Source: Macrostomum lignano | Lineage: Eukaryota | Assembly: GCA_002269645.1 (NCBI GenBank) | Contig: NIVC01002272.1 | Location: 1 to 64,000, forward strand | DNA: 64,000 bases | Reading direction: 5' to 3' | In this document: one piece after another, positions 12,801 to 24,800 of the stretch | Layout: every line of letters begins with the position of its first letter | Position numbering within the stretch: the stretch's first letter is position 1 | Notes under the pieces: generated by a model | Seen by the model: the letters and a program-made list of their open reading frames with translations, nothing else | What the model was told of the DNA's origin: nothing | Databases searched by the model: none | Program-made: the position numbers and the translations under genes

Positions 12801-13624
12801 CGCCGGCGGCGACCTCGAGTTCATGCCGAGGCAGGAGATGCTGGCAGCCATTGCCGCTGGAGACTTTGTGGAGTTCCGGAGACTGGGCAACGATGTTGCT
12901 GGCGACGGGTGAGCAGGGACTCAAATCTCAGTGTCTTGGGTCTAACACCGGTGATTCTGAGGTGTCTAACACCGGTGATTCTGTGGTGTGGAGCTACAAT
13001 CGGTGATTCTGAGGTGTCTAACACCGGTAAATCTGTGGTGTCTAACACCTGTGATTCTGTGTGATGCCTAACTCAGGTGCTGTCTAACACAGGTGCTGTC
13101 TAACACAGGTGCTGTCTAACACAGGTGCTATCTAACACCGGTGCTGTCCAACACAGGGGAACTGTTAGATATACATAAACTCATCTTTCACCTTCCCGAG
13201 CAGCGGAGACCTGATCGGCCTCAGCCTGGAGTCGGTCCGCGGCTCAGTCTCCACTGGCGCCTCATCCGGCCTCACCGTTGTCCTCGACTGCCACCCGTCG
13301 GCCGTGCGCCGCCTCCGCCTGGCGGAGTTGCGTCCGCTTGTGCTGTTCCTGGCCACCCCGGACGTGGCTGCCCAGCGCGAGCTGTTGGCCGAGGCGCAGT
13401 CCCTGGGCCTGGTGCCGGAGTCTGAGGAGCCCGGCTCCGAGCAGCAGCTGCAGGATGCTGTCAGACAGAGCGTCAAACTGGAGAAGCTGTACAGGCCGCT
13501 GTTCGATTCAGCAATCCTGTGCGACGGTTTGAGCAGCACTCAGACCGAGGTGCTCAACGCTGTTGCCACGGCCGAAGCGGAGGGCCGATGGGTGCCCGCG
13601 GGCTGGGTGGAACCCGAGATGTGA
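9847..13624 (+). CDS. MAGUK of the MPP/p55-Stardust subfamily (L27-PDZ-SH3-GuK), divergent; apparent frameshift at about 10700-10815
   Basis: Exons at about 9847-11461, 12542-12908 and 13204-13624 with matching phases. L27-like LLQLLLSPHLAALWDCLLRVA; PDZ DVTLLKAADQPLGFT...ARVLAGSQADVAGGLHVGDIIREANG; SH3 RACFDYQPERDPLLPSPELGLRFRHGDVLEVVDQSDEAFWQA...LIPSQTLEERRKAF; GuK LVLTGP...VLDCHPSAVRRLR...C-terminal WVPAGW. Start codon uncertain. Confidence 0.85.
11589..11770 (+). mobile_element. tRNA-derived SINE family A with CORE-like domain
   Basis: A-box TAGTGGTTAGAG and B-box GGTTCGATTC, followed by GTGACCTTGAGCAAGACACTTAAC...CTGTAAAATGGGT (MIR/CORE-like). Further copies on the minus strand are listed separately. 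Confidence 0.75.
11800..12510 (+). repeat. 21-bp intronic minisatellite GAGTTTATTGAATCTAAGAAG
   Basis: MAGUK intron; ends about 30 nt before the acceptor. Confidence 0.95.
12945..13160 (+). repeat. Degenerate TGTCTAACAC-containing intronic repeat
   Basis: MAGUK last intron. Confidence 0.85.
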
Positions 13625-13750
13625 TCTGGCAGCAGGTTTTGCTAACCTGGCTGTTTTTAGCGACAGCTTTAATTTTGCACCTGCATGTGCAACAAACTGG
13701 TCTAATTACTGCCATCTTCCACCTGCAAGTCGCATTAAATTTAGCAGTGG

Positions 13751-14520
13751 ATGCTCCCATTGCGGCGCCCCTTTGATGCTCCATTGCGGCGCCCCTTTGA
13801 TGCTCCCATTGCAGCGCCCCTTTGATGCTCCCATTGCGGCGCCCCTTTGATGCTCCCATTGCGGTGCCCCTTTGATGCTCCCATTGCGGCGCCCCTTTGA
13901 TGCTCCATTGCGGCGCCCCTTTGATGCTCCCATTGCAGCGCCCCTTTGATGCTCCCATTGCGGCGCCCCTTTGATGCTCCCATTGCGGTGCCCCTTTGAT
14001 GCTCCCATTGCGGCGCCCCTTTGATGCTCCATTGCGGCGCCCCTTTGATGCTCCCATTGTGGCGCCCTTTGATGCTCCCATTTTGGCGCCCCTTTGATGC
14101 TCCCATTGTGGCGCCCTTTGATGCTCCCATTTTGGCGCCCCTTTGATGCTCCCATTGTGGCGCCCTTTGATGCTCCTATTGTGGCGCCCTTTGATGCTCC
14201 CATTGTGGCGCCCCTTTGATGCTCCCATTGTGGCGCCCCTTTGATGCTCCCATTGCGGTGCCCCTTTGATGCTCCCATTGCGGCGCCCCTTTGATGCTCC
14301 ATTGCGGCGCCCCTTTGATGCTCCCATTGCGGCGCCCCTTTGATGCTCCCATTGTGGCGCCCTTTGATGCTCCCATTTTGGCGCCCCTTTGATGCTCCCA
14401 TTGTGGCGCCCTTTGATGCTCCCATTTTGGCGCCCCTTTGATGCTCCCATTGTGGCGCCCTTTGATGCTCCTATTGTGGCGCCCTTTGATGCTCCCATTG
14501 TGGTGCCCTTTGATGCTCCG
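13751..14520 (+). repeat. About 25-bp minisatellite GATGCTCCCATTGCGGCGCCCCTTT
   Basis: About 30 copies downstream of the MAGUK stop. Confidence 0.95.
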
Positions 14521-15699
14521 TTCCTGTGCGCTTCATCAGTTAAATATCCGGCTGTATTAACTGTGAATATAATTGATTTTGGTTATTGATTTACCTGAAA
14601 TCTTTTTTTCGGCGAAATTTATTAGCTAAACAACTTATTTTTTGGTCATCATTGTTTTTATCACTATATATTGGCACGTTTTGTGCTCGTACACTTAATG
14701 ACGTTCATTGATTATTTTGGTAACCTTTGCAGCTTATAATTTATCCATTTCCTTTGGTTGGTGGCCTCATTTCAGTGCGAAATTAAAATTTCATTATCAT
14801 TTCATTACATACACATATCAAAATCGCTCCAATTTTTTTCTGGGGTTCAAAATCACGACCATTCATTTAAATTCAAATTGGTGCCAATTTAATTCTGAAA
14901 AAAAAAATCACGAAAATTTCATTCGAAAATTTAAATTGGCGCAAATTTTGCTCCGGGAATTAAAATTAGGACTTTTCATGTCGTTTTAAGTCAAAACGGT
15001 GCCAATTATATTTCAAAACTCTAAAAAGCATATTTTTCATTCCAGATTCTAAAATTTCGGCTATCGTGACAATCCCAACTTTGGTTGAAAAGTTGATAAA
15101 ATTTAAAAAAAATTCCTCTAAATACTCGTAGCTTTTAAGCAACTGTACTAATAATTAGTACTGACGACATAAAATTTCATATTTCAAAGCAATCAACACT
15201 GTTGTTAGGAACCGTTTATCACGTGTAAAAATTTTATTTCAATATCATTTGTTTATGCAATAATTTGTTAAAGCCTTTTTTAAATGCGCACTTTTGTTTT
15301 GCATCAGTACAAGTTTGTACTTAATTATTTACTAATTGATTCAACCTCATTAGACCCTCCAGACGGAATATTAAATATTTAGTGTTTACCTCGTAAAACT
15401 CTCGTTTATCATGACTACATTATAAAATAAACACTTTGCAGGCAAACACATTCCGTATGATATGTTGTGCTGCATTATTGCCGTTTTAAATGACTAAAGA
15501 AACAGAAACAGTTAATTAACTTCTTCAATATGCTGAATTTTCTGTCTATGCGAGGACGACTTTAGTAGACAATCTCGTTTCGTTAAAAACAATTTAAGAG
15601 CTGTTTTTTGTAAAGCTTTATTTGTACCAATTAGAGATTTATAAAACTTGTATATATTTTCATGCATCTGTCAAAAGTCGCAAAATCTGCTAGCTGTCT

Positions 15700-16110
15700 A
15701 TGGGCCAAGCCCTCAGCACAGCTGCTCAATGAGCTTTGCAAACTGTCTATGGGCCAAGCCCCCCTCCCTAATTTCGCTCATTGAGCTTTGCAAACTGTCT
15801 ATGGGCCAAAGCCCCCCTCCCTAATTTCGCTCAATGAGCTTTGCAAACTGTCTATGGGCCAAGCCCCCTCTCCCTAATTTCGCTCAATGAGCTTTGCAAA
15901 CTGTCTATGGGCCAAAGCCCCCTCCCTAACTTCGCTCAATGAGCTTTGCAAACTGTCTATGGGCCAAAGCCCCCTCCCTAACTTCGCTCAATGGGCTTTG
16001 CAAACTGTCTATTGGGCCAAGCCCCCTCCCTAATTCCGCTCAATGGGCTTTGCAAACTGTCTATGGGCCAAGCCTTCCTCTCTAATTTCGCTCAATGAGC
16101 TTTGCAAACT
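15700..16110 (+). repeat. About 52-54-bp tandem repeat CTCAATGAGCTTTGCAAACTGTCTATGGGCCAA...
   Basis: About 7 copies, intergenic between convergent genes. Confidence 0.9.
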
Positions 16111-17031
16111 GAGCTTTGCCCTGAGCACAGCTGCTCAATAAGACACCCTCCGGTACCCAAGTGCAAATGAATGAAAAAATTTTTCGAATTAATCGCAACA
16201 ATGCTTTGATTATTCTGCTGCTACAAATCCAACAAAACAAGAATTGAAAGCAGATAAGAATGTTTTTTCAAGTGTAATTTATTAACAAACTAATTTAGGA
16301 ATGGAAATAAAATGGAGATGGAACGCATTTCTTTGCAATTGTTTTATTAAGAAAGCCAAGTCCAAACAATTATTTAAGTAACAAAAATGTTAATGTTACT
16401 ACTGACAAAGGCGCAAGTCAGTAGTGCAGCAAGTATATGGCAAAGCGTTATTTTTAAACTACTATATATAACTGAATGTTTGCATGGACAATTGAAGACA
16501 GCAGATCACGGAGATTCTGCTTAGAACTTGAAACAAAGACCTAAGCTAACTGAGGCTCGCTTACTCATAATTCAGCAACTCTGCAAAAAGCTGATTAAAA
16601 ACACAAATGAAAACGCAAACAAGTGAATTAAAAAAGATACTTCACACCATTCTATCTGTATCCTAGCAATATGTGACATACTCTGCAGTATTGTTTAAGA
16701 ATATGATTTTTAATGGTCTCTATGAAATAATAACACTACAGCAAGGCTTGATTAGCAACGCCCTTAGCAACGGCCAAAGGCCATCCCTTAATCTCTTCTC
16801 CTGCATCTCCACAGTCTCCCCAATCTCTCTCCCTTCATCTAACCTATCTCTCTCCTTTCATTTCCCCAATTTCACTCCCTTAATCTCCCTCAATCTCTCT
16901 TCCTTCATCTAACCTATCTCTCCCTTCATCTCCCCTATCTCTTTCCCTACATTTCATTGCTAATCAAAGACTAATTTCAATCTTCACCACAGTTCATATT
17001 AATAAGCTGAACTTCTACAGCAGAGGAGCCA

Positions 17032-20000
17032 CTATTTCAGGTACAGCAGGAAATGCTCCGGCTGTTCCAGCATCTGCTTCCACCGGTTGCTGAACCTGGC
17101 CACTGTGGCGCCGTCGATGACGCGGTGATCGGCTGACCAGGACACGCACATTATCTGGGCGGCGGTGACCGAGCCGTTGGAATCGAAGCGAGGCAACGGG
17201 CGGGCTCGGCCTACGGCGCCAATGCACACCTGGGCGAGAGTAGATGAGCGTTTGCGAGATTCTGTGAGTTTATCAATAGTTATTGTAATTGAGTACAACG
17301 GGTAAAGCCTATTTTAGACACTTTGTAAAGTATCTTTTCGATACATATCGGATATTTCAGGTAAAGACTATTTTAGACTCACTGTAAAAGTATCCTTTCG
17401 ATACATATCGGGTAAAGAATTATTTATTTACGAATCAGGCGGTTAGAGTAACGTATACTACATATCGGATAAATTATTGTGCTAACACATTGAAAGTGTT
17501 TTTCCGATACATATCGGATAAAAGATTTTGGTTATGCTTCTCAGTGAAACTGTATACCAATCTTAGTACAGATACTTAGAGAAAAAGCGACATATTGTTG
17601 CATCCGATATGTATCGAAAAGACACTTGAATCGGCATGAAATTTTAAATTACAATCTTGGCTTACCTGCGGCGGTTGAATCACGGGCTTAGTGTAGGTGC
17701 CGCCGATGTTGCCAATGTTTGACAGCGCGATGGTGCCGCCAGTGAGCTGGGCGGGCGTCAGCTTGCCGGACCGGCCGGCGTCTACGAGGCCGCGAAGGAC
17801 GTCAGAAATTTCCAGCACGCTGAGCTGGTCAACGGAGTGCACGCAGGGCACCAGGAGGCCTGACGGAGAGTCCACAGCCACCCCGATGTTGTGGCTCGCC
17901 TAGCAATTGATGGAGATTTGGGAGATGCGAATGGAGATGCCAGCTTCCCTGTGATTAGAAATGGGTAATCAGCGAGTTTTTGTGATCTAGGGACCGATTT
18001 ATGTGATCTAGGGACCGATTTATGTGATCTAGGGACCGATTTATGTGATCTAGGGACCGATTTATGTGATCTAGGGACCGATTTATGTGATCTAGAGGCC
18101 GATTTATGTGATCTAGAGGCCGATTTATGTGATCTAGAGGCCGACTTCTGTGATCTAGAGACAATTGATTTCTGTGATCTAGAGACCGATTTCTTTGATC
18201 TAGAGATGATCGATTTCTTTGATCTAGAGGCCGACTTCTGTGATCTAGAGGCCGACTTCTGTGATCTAGAGACAATTGATTTCTGTGATCTAAAAGACTG
18301 ATTTCTGTGATCTAGAGACCGATTTATGTGATCTAGAGGCCGACTTCTGTGATCTAGAGACTTACTTTAATCTCATTGGCAATCCTCTCACCTTAATAAG
18401 CAGATGATCCTCTTCAATCAGGTGAGCATTGAGCACCGGCTGCTCTCTAAGAGCCAGCGACATCGCCTTTAAAAAGAACGGCATAAACGTCAGGCCGCCG
18501 CCTCCGGCCACTTCCAACGACTGGTTCAGCCGCTTGCGCCACTGGAACAGCCGGGTGAGGTCAACTTCATCGCTATAAGTGAAGTGGGGAATCTGTGCCG
18601 CCTGGGTCATGCTCTGGAACATGGCCCGTTGCACTCCCCGGATTGGCGCCTTGCGGTCCTCCGCAGCAACCGCCGGGATGGCGGCGGCGGCGGCGGCGGC
18701 GGCTGCTGCGGGTGTGGATGTGGCCGCCGCGGGCGAGGCTGGTGCAGACACTGGCGCGCGAGGCAGAGTCGCTGGCGCCGCTGTCGAAGCCGACGCCGAA
18801 GCTGCGGTGGGCTGGCCCGCAATGTAGGCCAGAATGTCCTCTTTGAGCACGCGACCGTCCCGCCCGGTGCCTGCAACGCTGCTCAGGTCGATCCGGTGCT
18901 CGGCGGCCAGACGGCGAACGGCCGGGGTGGCCAGGGCGCGGCCGCTGCCACCGCCGACTCTTCCGCCGGAAGCGGCAGTCGCCGCAGGCCTGGCAGTGGA
19001 GCTGGAAGCTCGGGCCTCTTCAGCATCTTCAGAGCCGTCTTCGCTGTCGCTGTTCTCGGATTCGGCCTCTTCAACTTCGATGTCTACCAGAGGCTGGCCG
19101 ACGTGCCCAGTGTCGTCCACGTCGTAGTACAGCTTCTTGATGATGCCGTCGTACCTGAGGGTGTTTGGGTTTTGGAATAAAGAGTAAGGACGATGAGGGC
19201 CGCGGCCCAGCAACTGAGGATCTGGGAAGCTGGGCCAGCAACTGAGGATCTGAGAGGGTGTTGGACCAGCAACTGAGAATCTGGGAGGCTGTTGGACCAG
19301 CAACTGAGGATCTGGGAGGCTGTTGGCCCAGCAACTCAGGATTTAGGAGGCTGTTGGCCCAGCAACTGAGGATCTAGGAGGCTGTTGGACCAGCAACTGA
19401 GGATCTAGGAGGCTGTTGGACCAGCAACTGAGGATCTAGGAGGCTTTTGGCCCAGCAACTGAGGATCTGGGAGGGTGTTGGACCAGCAACTGAGGATCTG
19501 GGAGGCTGTTGGCCCAGCAACTGAGGATCTAGGAGGCTGTTGGCCCAGCAACTGAGGATCTGGGAGGCTGTTGGACCAGCAACTGAGGATCTGGGAGGCT
19601 GTTGGCCCAGCAACTGAGGAGGGTGGTAACTCATCGTCAGGGATCACAGCAGCAGTCTGGGCACACAGACCTGGAAGTGATGGTGACGGCAGCTTTGTCG
19701 CTCTGCACCTCGCAGATGCTGTCAAACTGGGCCACCTGATCCCCAGGCTTCACAAACCACTCCTTGATGGTGACCTGGCGAATACCTTCGCCAATGTCTG
19801 ATAGGCGGAACTGGACCAGCTGCTTCCACAGGGCTGAGGAGGTGTGCAGCTGACTGGCACAAACCAAAGGCTGTTAAAGGGTTTTTTTTAAATATAATTT
19901 TCGATAAGAGCAAAAAGTTAAATGAATGTTTTCACTTTCAATGCAATGTCAGCTTTTAATTCCTTGGGATTTGAGACTTAACCAATAAAGGTTTAATTTC

Positions 20001-21322
20001 ATGAGTACATTCTGTTGTTAGGGTAGTGGGGGCTTCAGTTAAGAATCAATGACTTTTTTCACCTTAGTGCAAAGGTCCTAGGGAAGCTCTTAAGTGCCTG
20101 GGGTCAAGGACTCTTAAGAAATGTATTTTCCATGCTATATGCATATTAAGGTAAGATATAATGGGGGCTAAAGTTAAGGTAAATGCAATACTAGCCATTC
20201 TTGTATGATATAAGAATTTTCTTCTAATAATTGATATCTCAAAATCTATTTTATGTTTCTCAATATTTAGGTAGTTTAGTTGAGTCAAATAATTAATATT
20301 AATAAGATTAAGTAGGCATAGCTTTTTGATAATGAATTGTATATAAATATCTTTCCAAAGCCTAGCTGTATGCAATAAAGTTTGCTTTAAAGGTAGGCCT
20401 ACTTTGATATAAAATTTAGCCTAAATACAAGGGGTGTTCCAGAACTTCAGAAGTAGTGTCACTTGCTTGCTTCTATAAGCATTAATGTGTGTTAAAAAAT
20501 CATATGCCTTAAAAGTTAGTGGCTTATTTTAGCTTTCATGCCACAAAAGTCTGATTTTTATAAGGGCTTCCTGCTATAAGCAGCATGCATTTGTTCATAT
20601 ACCCTTAGCTATAGAAATATACACTGCTTCTATGTATTTTTGGACAGGTTCTACTGAATAGCCTGCTGCTCAACTTGAAAATACGGGCAGTTTTATTTGC
20701 ATACATTAGTTTTGATATTCGTCATCTCTCTACTGTTTATTATATATTAGTCTCAGTAGTAGTCATGCAGCAATCAGCATTAATTGACACAGTTAATATA
20801 AACTTATGGGTGCATGCAATGCAAGGGATTTTTGCTTGAAATTAGGAAAATCCTAAATTAATACACCTTTGCCTTTGGTAAAATCGCTATATTTAAACAT
20901 TTAAGTCTTCCAGATTTGTTCAAGTCGTCATCATCATATGAAGATTTTGAATATGACAATTTTGGCTGCACCCGCCTAGCCTAGACCTACTTGAGCTCAA
21001 ATTAGCTACTTAAATTTGTTTGATGTTGACTTGCTACTGTCAACTCACAAAATCTAGGCTCATTAGGACTCTAGAGTAGTAGGCCTAGGCATCAATGTTT
21101 ATGCAGTTGCCAACTTCTTGTTCCATTCCATAGCTATAGTCATAGGCCTATGCTAGGCCCCTATTTCTGATTATGGCAGAACACTTTAAAAGACTAATAT
21201 TTTTAAGGAAAATTTCGATTTCAAACGTAAAAAAGTTATCTACTCACCTTAAGCTTGCAAAAAGATCTTTTAAACCATGCTAAATGGATTGATTTTAGAC
21301 CTAGAACTTGGCGATTTAACAT
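17032..21322 (-). CDS. DBT: Dihydrolipoamide branched-chain transacylase E2 (mitochondrial BCKDH complex)
   Basis: Minus-strand exons 21322-21248 (MLNRQVLG... presequence-like), 19849-19671, 19154-18392, 17899-17666 and 17229-17032, all phase-consistent. Lipoyl domain [26 protein letters not shown]...[17 protein letters not shown]; E3-binding [11 protein letters not shown]...[13 protein letters not shown]; catalytic [16 protein letters not shown]. Confidence 0.95.
17985..18360 (+). repeat. 21-bp intronic minisatellite GATTTATGTGATCTAGGGACC
   Basis: DBT intron. Confidence 0.95.
19200..19620 (+). repeat. 31-bp intronic minisatellite GGCCCAGCAACTGAGGATCTGGGAGGCTGTT
   Basis: DBT intron. Confidence 0.95.
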
Positions 21323-21817
21323 GCATAACATTGTGATTGTTCTTGTTAACACAATTAAAACACCCGAGCGCCAGCACAGTATGAATAATTGAACGAGTCA
21401 AAAAAATTATAAATTTTTAAGGGATTCACTGATGCAGTACTGAAGAGCGCATTAAACAATGCTGAAAATATCAAAAAGTTGAAGTTTCGCTACGATTATA
21501 GTTCGATATAAGCGCAAATAAAATTTACAATTTTTGTTGCCTGCCTAGCCACTTTAAAAATACGCGCTCATTTAGCTTCTTAGAAATTACCAGTTAAAAA
21601 AATTAGAAACGCATCCTTTTCACGATAAAAAACAAGTAGTAGTACTAATACGTTTGGCTCATGCAAAAAGCTTGTTTAGTCAATATGACTCAGTGTATTT
21701 TATAACTATTAGAAAATGTAGGGTACTTTTAAATAATGAATACTTAGAGTTGTAAAAATATGACATTTGAAAGCGCGCTTGGATTTTTAAAACGGTATTA
21801 TCGAATCGAACGAGCAC

Positions 21818-24800
21818 TTACTTGACTTAGCTGCAGGGGGCTCCATGCGTCCGGAGACAGCGAGGAGGCGTTGCCGCCCATTTCGCTAGCCCCTGGCGAC
21901 CACGGGCAGCTATAGTGCTGCGGTGTCGCGCAGGGAGTTCCGGTGGCGCCGGCGTCCGCAGCGCGATCCCCCTCCGGAGAGTCCAGGAGGTGGATTGTCG
22001 CTCGCCCGGTAGCCCTTAGGTAACGGACGAGCTGGCAGAGATTCTCGGGCCTGAAAACGTCGGAGAGGTCCGGGTTTGGGCCGAGGTAGGTGAGCCTGTC
22101 CTGAGTAAAGGCGGGGCATTCACAGATGAAGTGCTCCGCATTCTCGACACCGGAGAGGCAGAAAGGGAATTCCTCACTGCGGATTTTCCCCTGGAGGTGA
22201 CGATGCCTGGCAAAGCAACCATGACCCGAGAGGGCCATGTTCACCGTCCTGATGTCCCTGCGGTTGAGTCCAAGCAGGGCCCTGCGCGGGGCGGAGGAAG
22301 GACAGGGGACAACCACGCGGGATTGCCGGCAGTCGGAGGCGTTAGCCGACCTCTCCCTGTGCTTAGAAGCCACCCACTGGTTGATCCCGAGTGGTGACAA
22401 CGGCGATGGGGGTGGGGGCCACGGGCAGGGGACCAGAAAGAACCGGTCGAGCCAGCCTTGGCTAGGCGATCGGCCAGCTCGTTGCCGGGGTGGCCCGAAT
22501 GCCCGGGGATCCACCTTAGGGACACCTTGTTAGAGGCGCCTAAGCGGTTGAGCTGCCCGATACAGTCGAGGACTGCAGCTGTACGCGAGCAGGTGGTGGT
22601 GCGCTCAAGGGCGTGGATTATAGCCGCTTGACTGTCCGAGTGGAGGGTTATTTCCTTCCCCCAGACGCGCTGATTGTACAGCTCCATGGCGCAGGAGCTG
22701 ATGGCGAGAACTTCGTTCTGGAAGACGGTGGAGCAGGTGCCGGTGTGTTGGGAGAAGGTCGCCAAAGTTCTCCCTCCAGACACGATGCAGTAGCCGTAGC
22801 CAGAGGCGGAGTTGATTTGGGACCCGTCAGTGAAGCAGTGGATTTCATGGGGTTTCCAGTTGTCTCTTGCTTCATGACTTGGTGGAATGCTAGTTTTGAA
22901 TTTGAGCGGAGAGCAGAGCGTGGACGGGATTCCGTCCGAGAGGGTCAGCAGGCCTCTCGCTGCTTCCAGGTCTCGCAGGCTGAGGTCACCATGCGGCCGC
23001 CGGAGGTTCCGCTTTCTGAAGGCGAACTGCTTCTGGATTTGGACACCCGCGTCAAGCAGACGGCGGGTGGTTTTCATTGCCTCCCCTCTAACAAAGAGGT
23101 CGAGGGGGGGAATGTCCAAGAAGGAGTTCATGCCGGTGAAGGGCGTAGAGGGAGCCGCGCTCATGATAGCTCGACAAGCGCGGCCTTGCACCCTATTTAG
23201 AACCTCAAGAACCCCTTTCACCTCTAGGGCACTATTCCAAATGAAGCCGGCGAAGGAGATGGCCGGTCTAACAATGGCAGTGTAAATCCACCAGAGGCGG
23301 CGGGGGTGAGGCCCCAGGTAGCACCGAAAGCTCTGCGGATCTGCGCGAGAGTCGCGAGAGCTTTGCGGGCTTTGGTTTGGACTGCGGGGTCCAGCTCAGC
23401 CTGTGGTCGAGGGTGACGCCCAGATATCTGGTTTGTTTTCCATGGCAACAGGTTTGCCATAGAGGGAGAGCGGTTCGATCCTCCAGTTTCGGCGGCTGGT
23501 GAACATGATAGCCACGGTTTTAGACTCAGAGAACCTGAGACCGCAGCTTTGTGCCCAGCACTCGGCACGGTGGATGAAGGCTTGAAGGAGGTCCCTGAGG
23601 ACCGCGGGTGATGGTCCAGCCACAGTGGCGGTAACATCGTCTACATAGCCGACCTTCTGAACTGGGTCCGGATGCGGGCTGCAAAGCAGCTCGTCCATGA
23701 CTAAACTACAGAGGATCGGGCTGAGGACTCCACCTTGCGGTCCGCCTTTCTGGACTTCCACGGAGCGTGAGTGTCCCAGGAGGTGCGATCGAGTTGGCAG
23801 TACGATGGGAGTCCATGTACATGATCCAGCGAGCGAGGTGCTCGTGCGTGCCCGGGATTCCAGGGCCGCTTAAAGGCTTCAAAGAGCACATTATTGAAAG
23901 CACCATCAATGTCGAGAAAAGCGACAGCGCGTATCCACTGCCAAGCACGGCGCGCTCCAGCTTGTCGACAATGGCGTGAGGCGCACTTTCGATGGAGCGT
24001 CCAGGACGAAAGGCGTGCTGATTAGGGGAGAGCGGGGAGTTCCTCAGCTCTACGAGGAGAAGGCGCCAGAGCACCAGCCGTTCCATCAGTTTGAGGAAGA
24101 AAGACGTCAGACTGATGGGGCGGTAAGCTTTGGCAGAGTGATAGTCTCCCTTCCCTGGCTTGGGTACGAAAACTACCGTAGCCTCTTGCCAGGCTTTTGG
24201 CACGTACCCGAGGGTAATGCTGGCCTTGAAGAGGTTGCAGAGGAGGCCGAGAAACCTGTCATTTTTAACTGCCTCATGGAGGAAGGCAGGATAAATGTTG
24301 TCAGGTCCCGGTGACTTGAAAGGAGAGAAAGATTTTGCGGCGCGAGCCGTCCTCTCTCTAGTAATGATGGTCGAAGCCAGGATCTGTCCGCCCGGAGAGT
24401 GGTCCGGTGGGCCTAGCTGCTGCGCGCACGTGGGAAAGAGCTGGTGAGCATGATGTCCAGCGATTCCCCAGGGTTCTCAGAGAGCCGGCCGTCCGGTCTT
24501 TTAATGACTGAGAGCTTTGAATTTTGTCGAGGGTGAGAGCCTTAACCACGCGTGAAGTAGGGCGGGTGCCTTCTAACTCCGCGCAGTATTGGCGCCATTT
24601 GTCGGACTTGGCTTTCCTGGTTTCACGCTTAAAGTCGCGGATCGCTTCTTGGTAGGCGGCCAGGTCAGCTGGGTCCTTGCTCTTGCGAGCTTTCCGTTGG
24701 AGGCACTTTGCCTTGCGCCGGAGGGATCCAAGCGCCGGGTGCCACCAGGGGGCGGATTTTTTGCCTTTGTAGGCTTTAAGAGGACTGAGCTGGAAGCCTC

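Noticed and set aside
13554-14589. GASKGATM / WEHQR repeat ORFs
   Set aside because: 25-bp minisatellite artefact.
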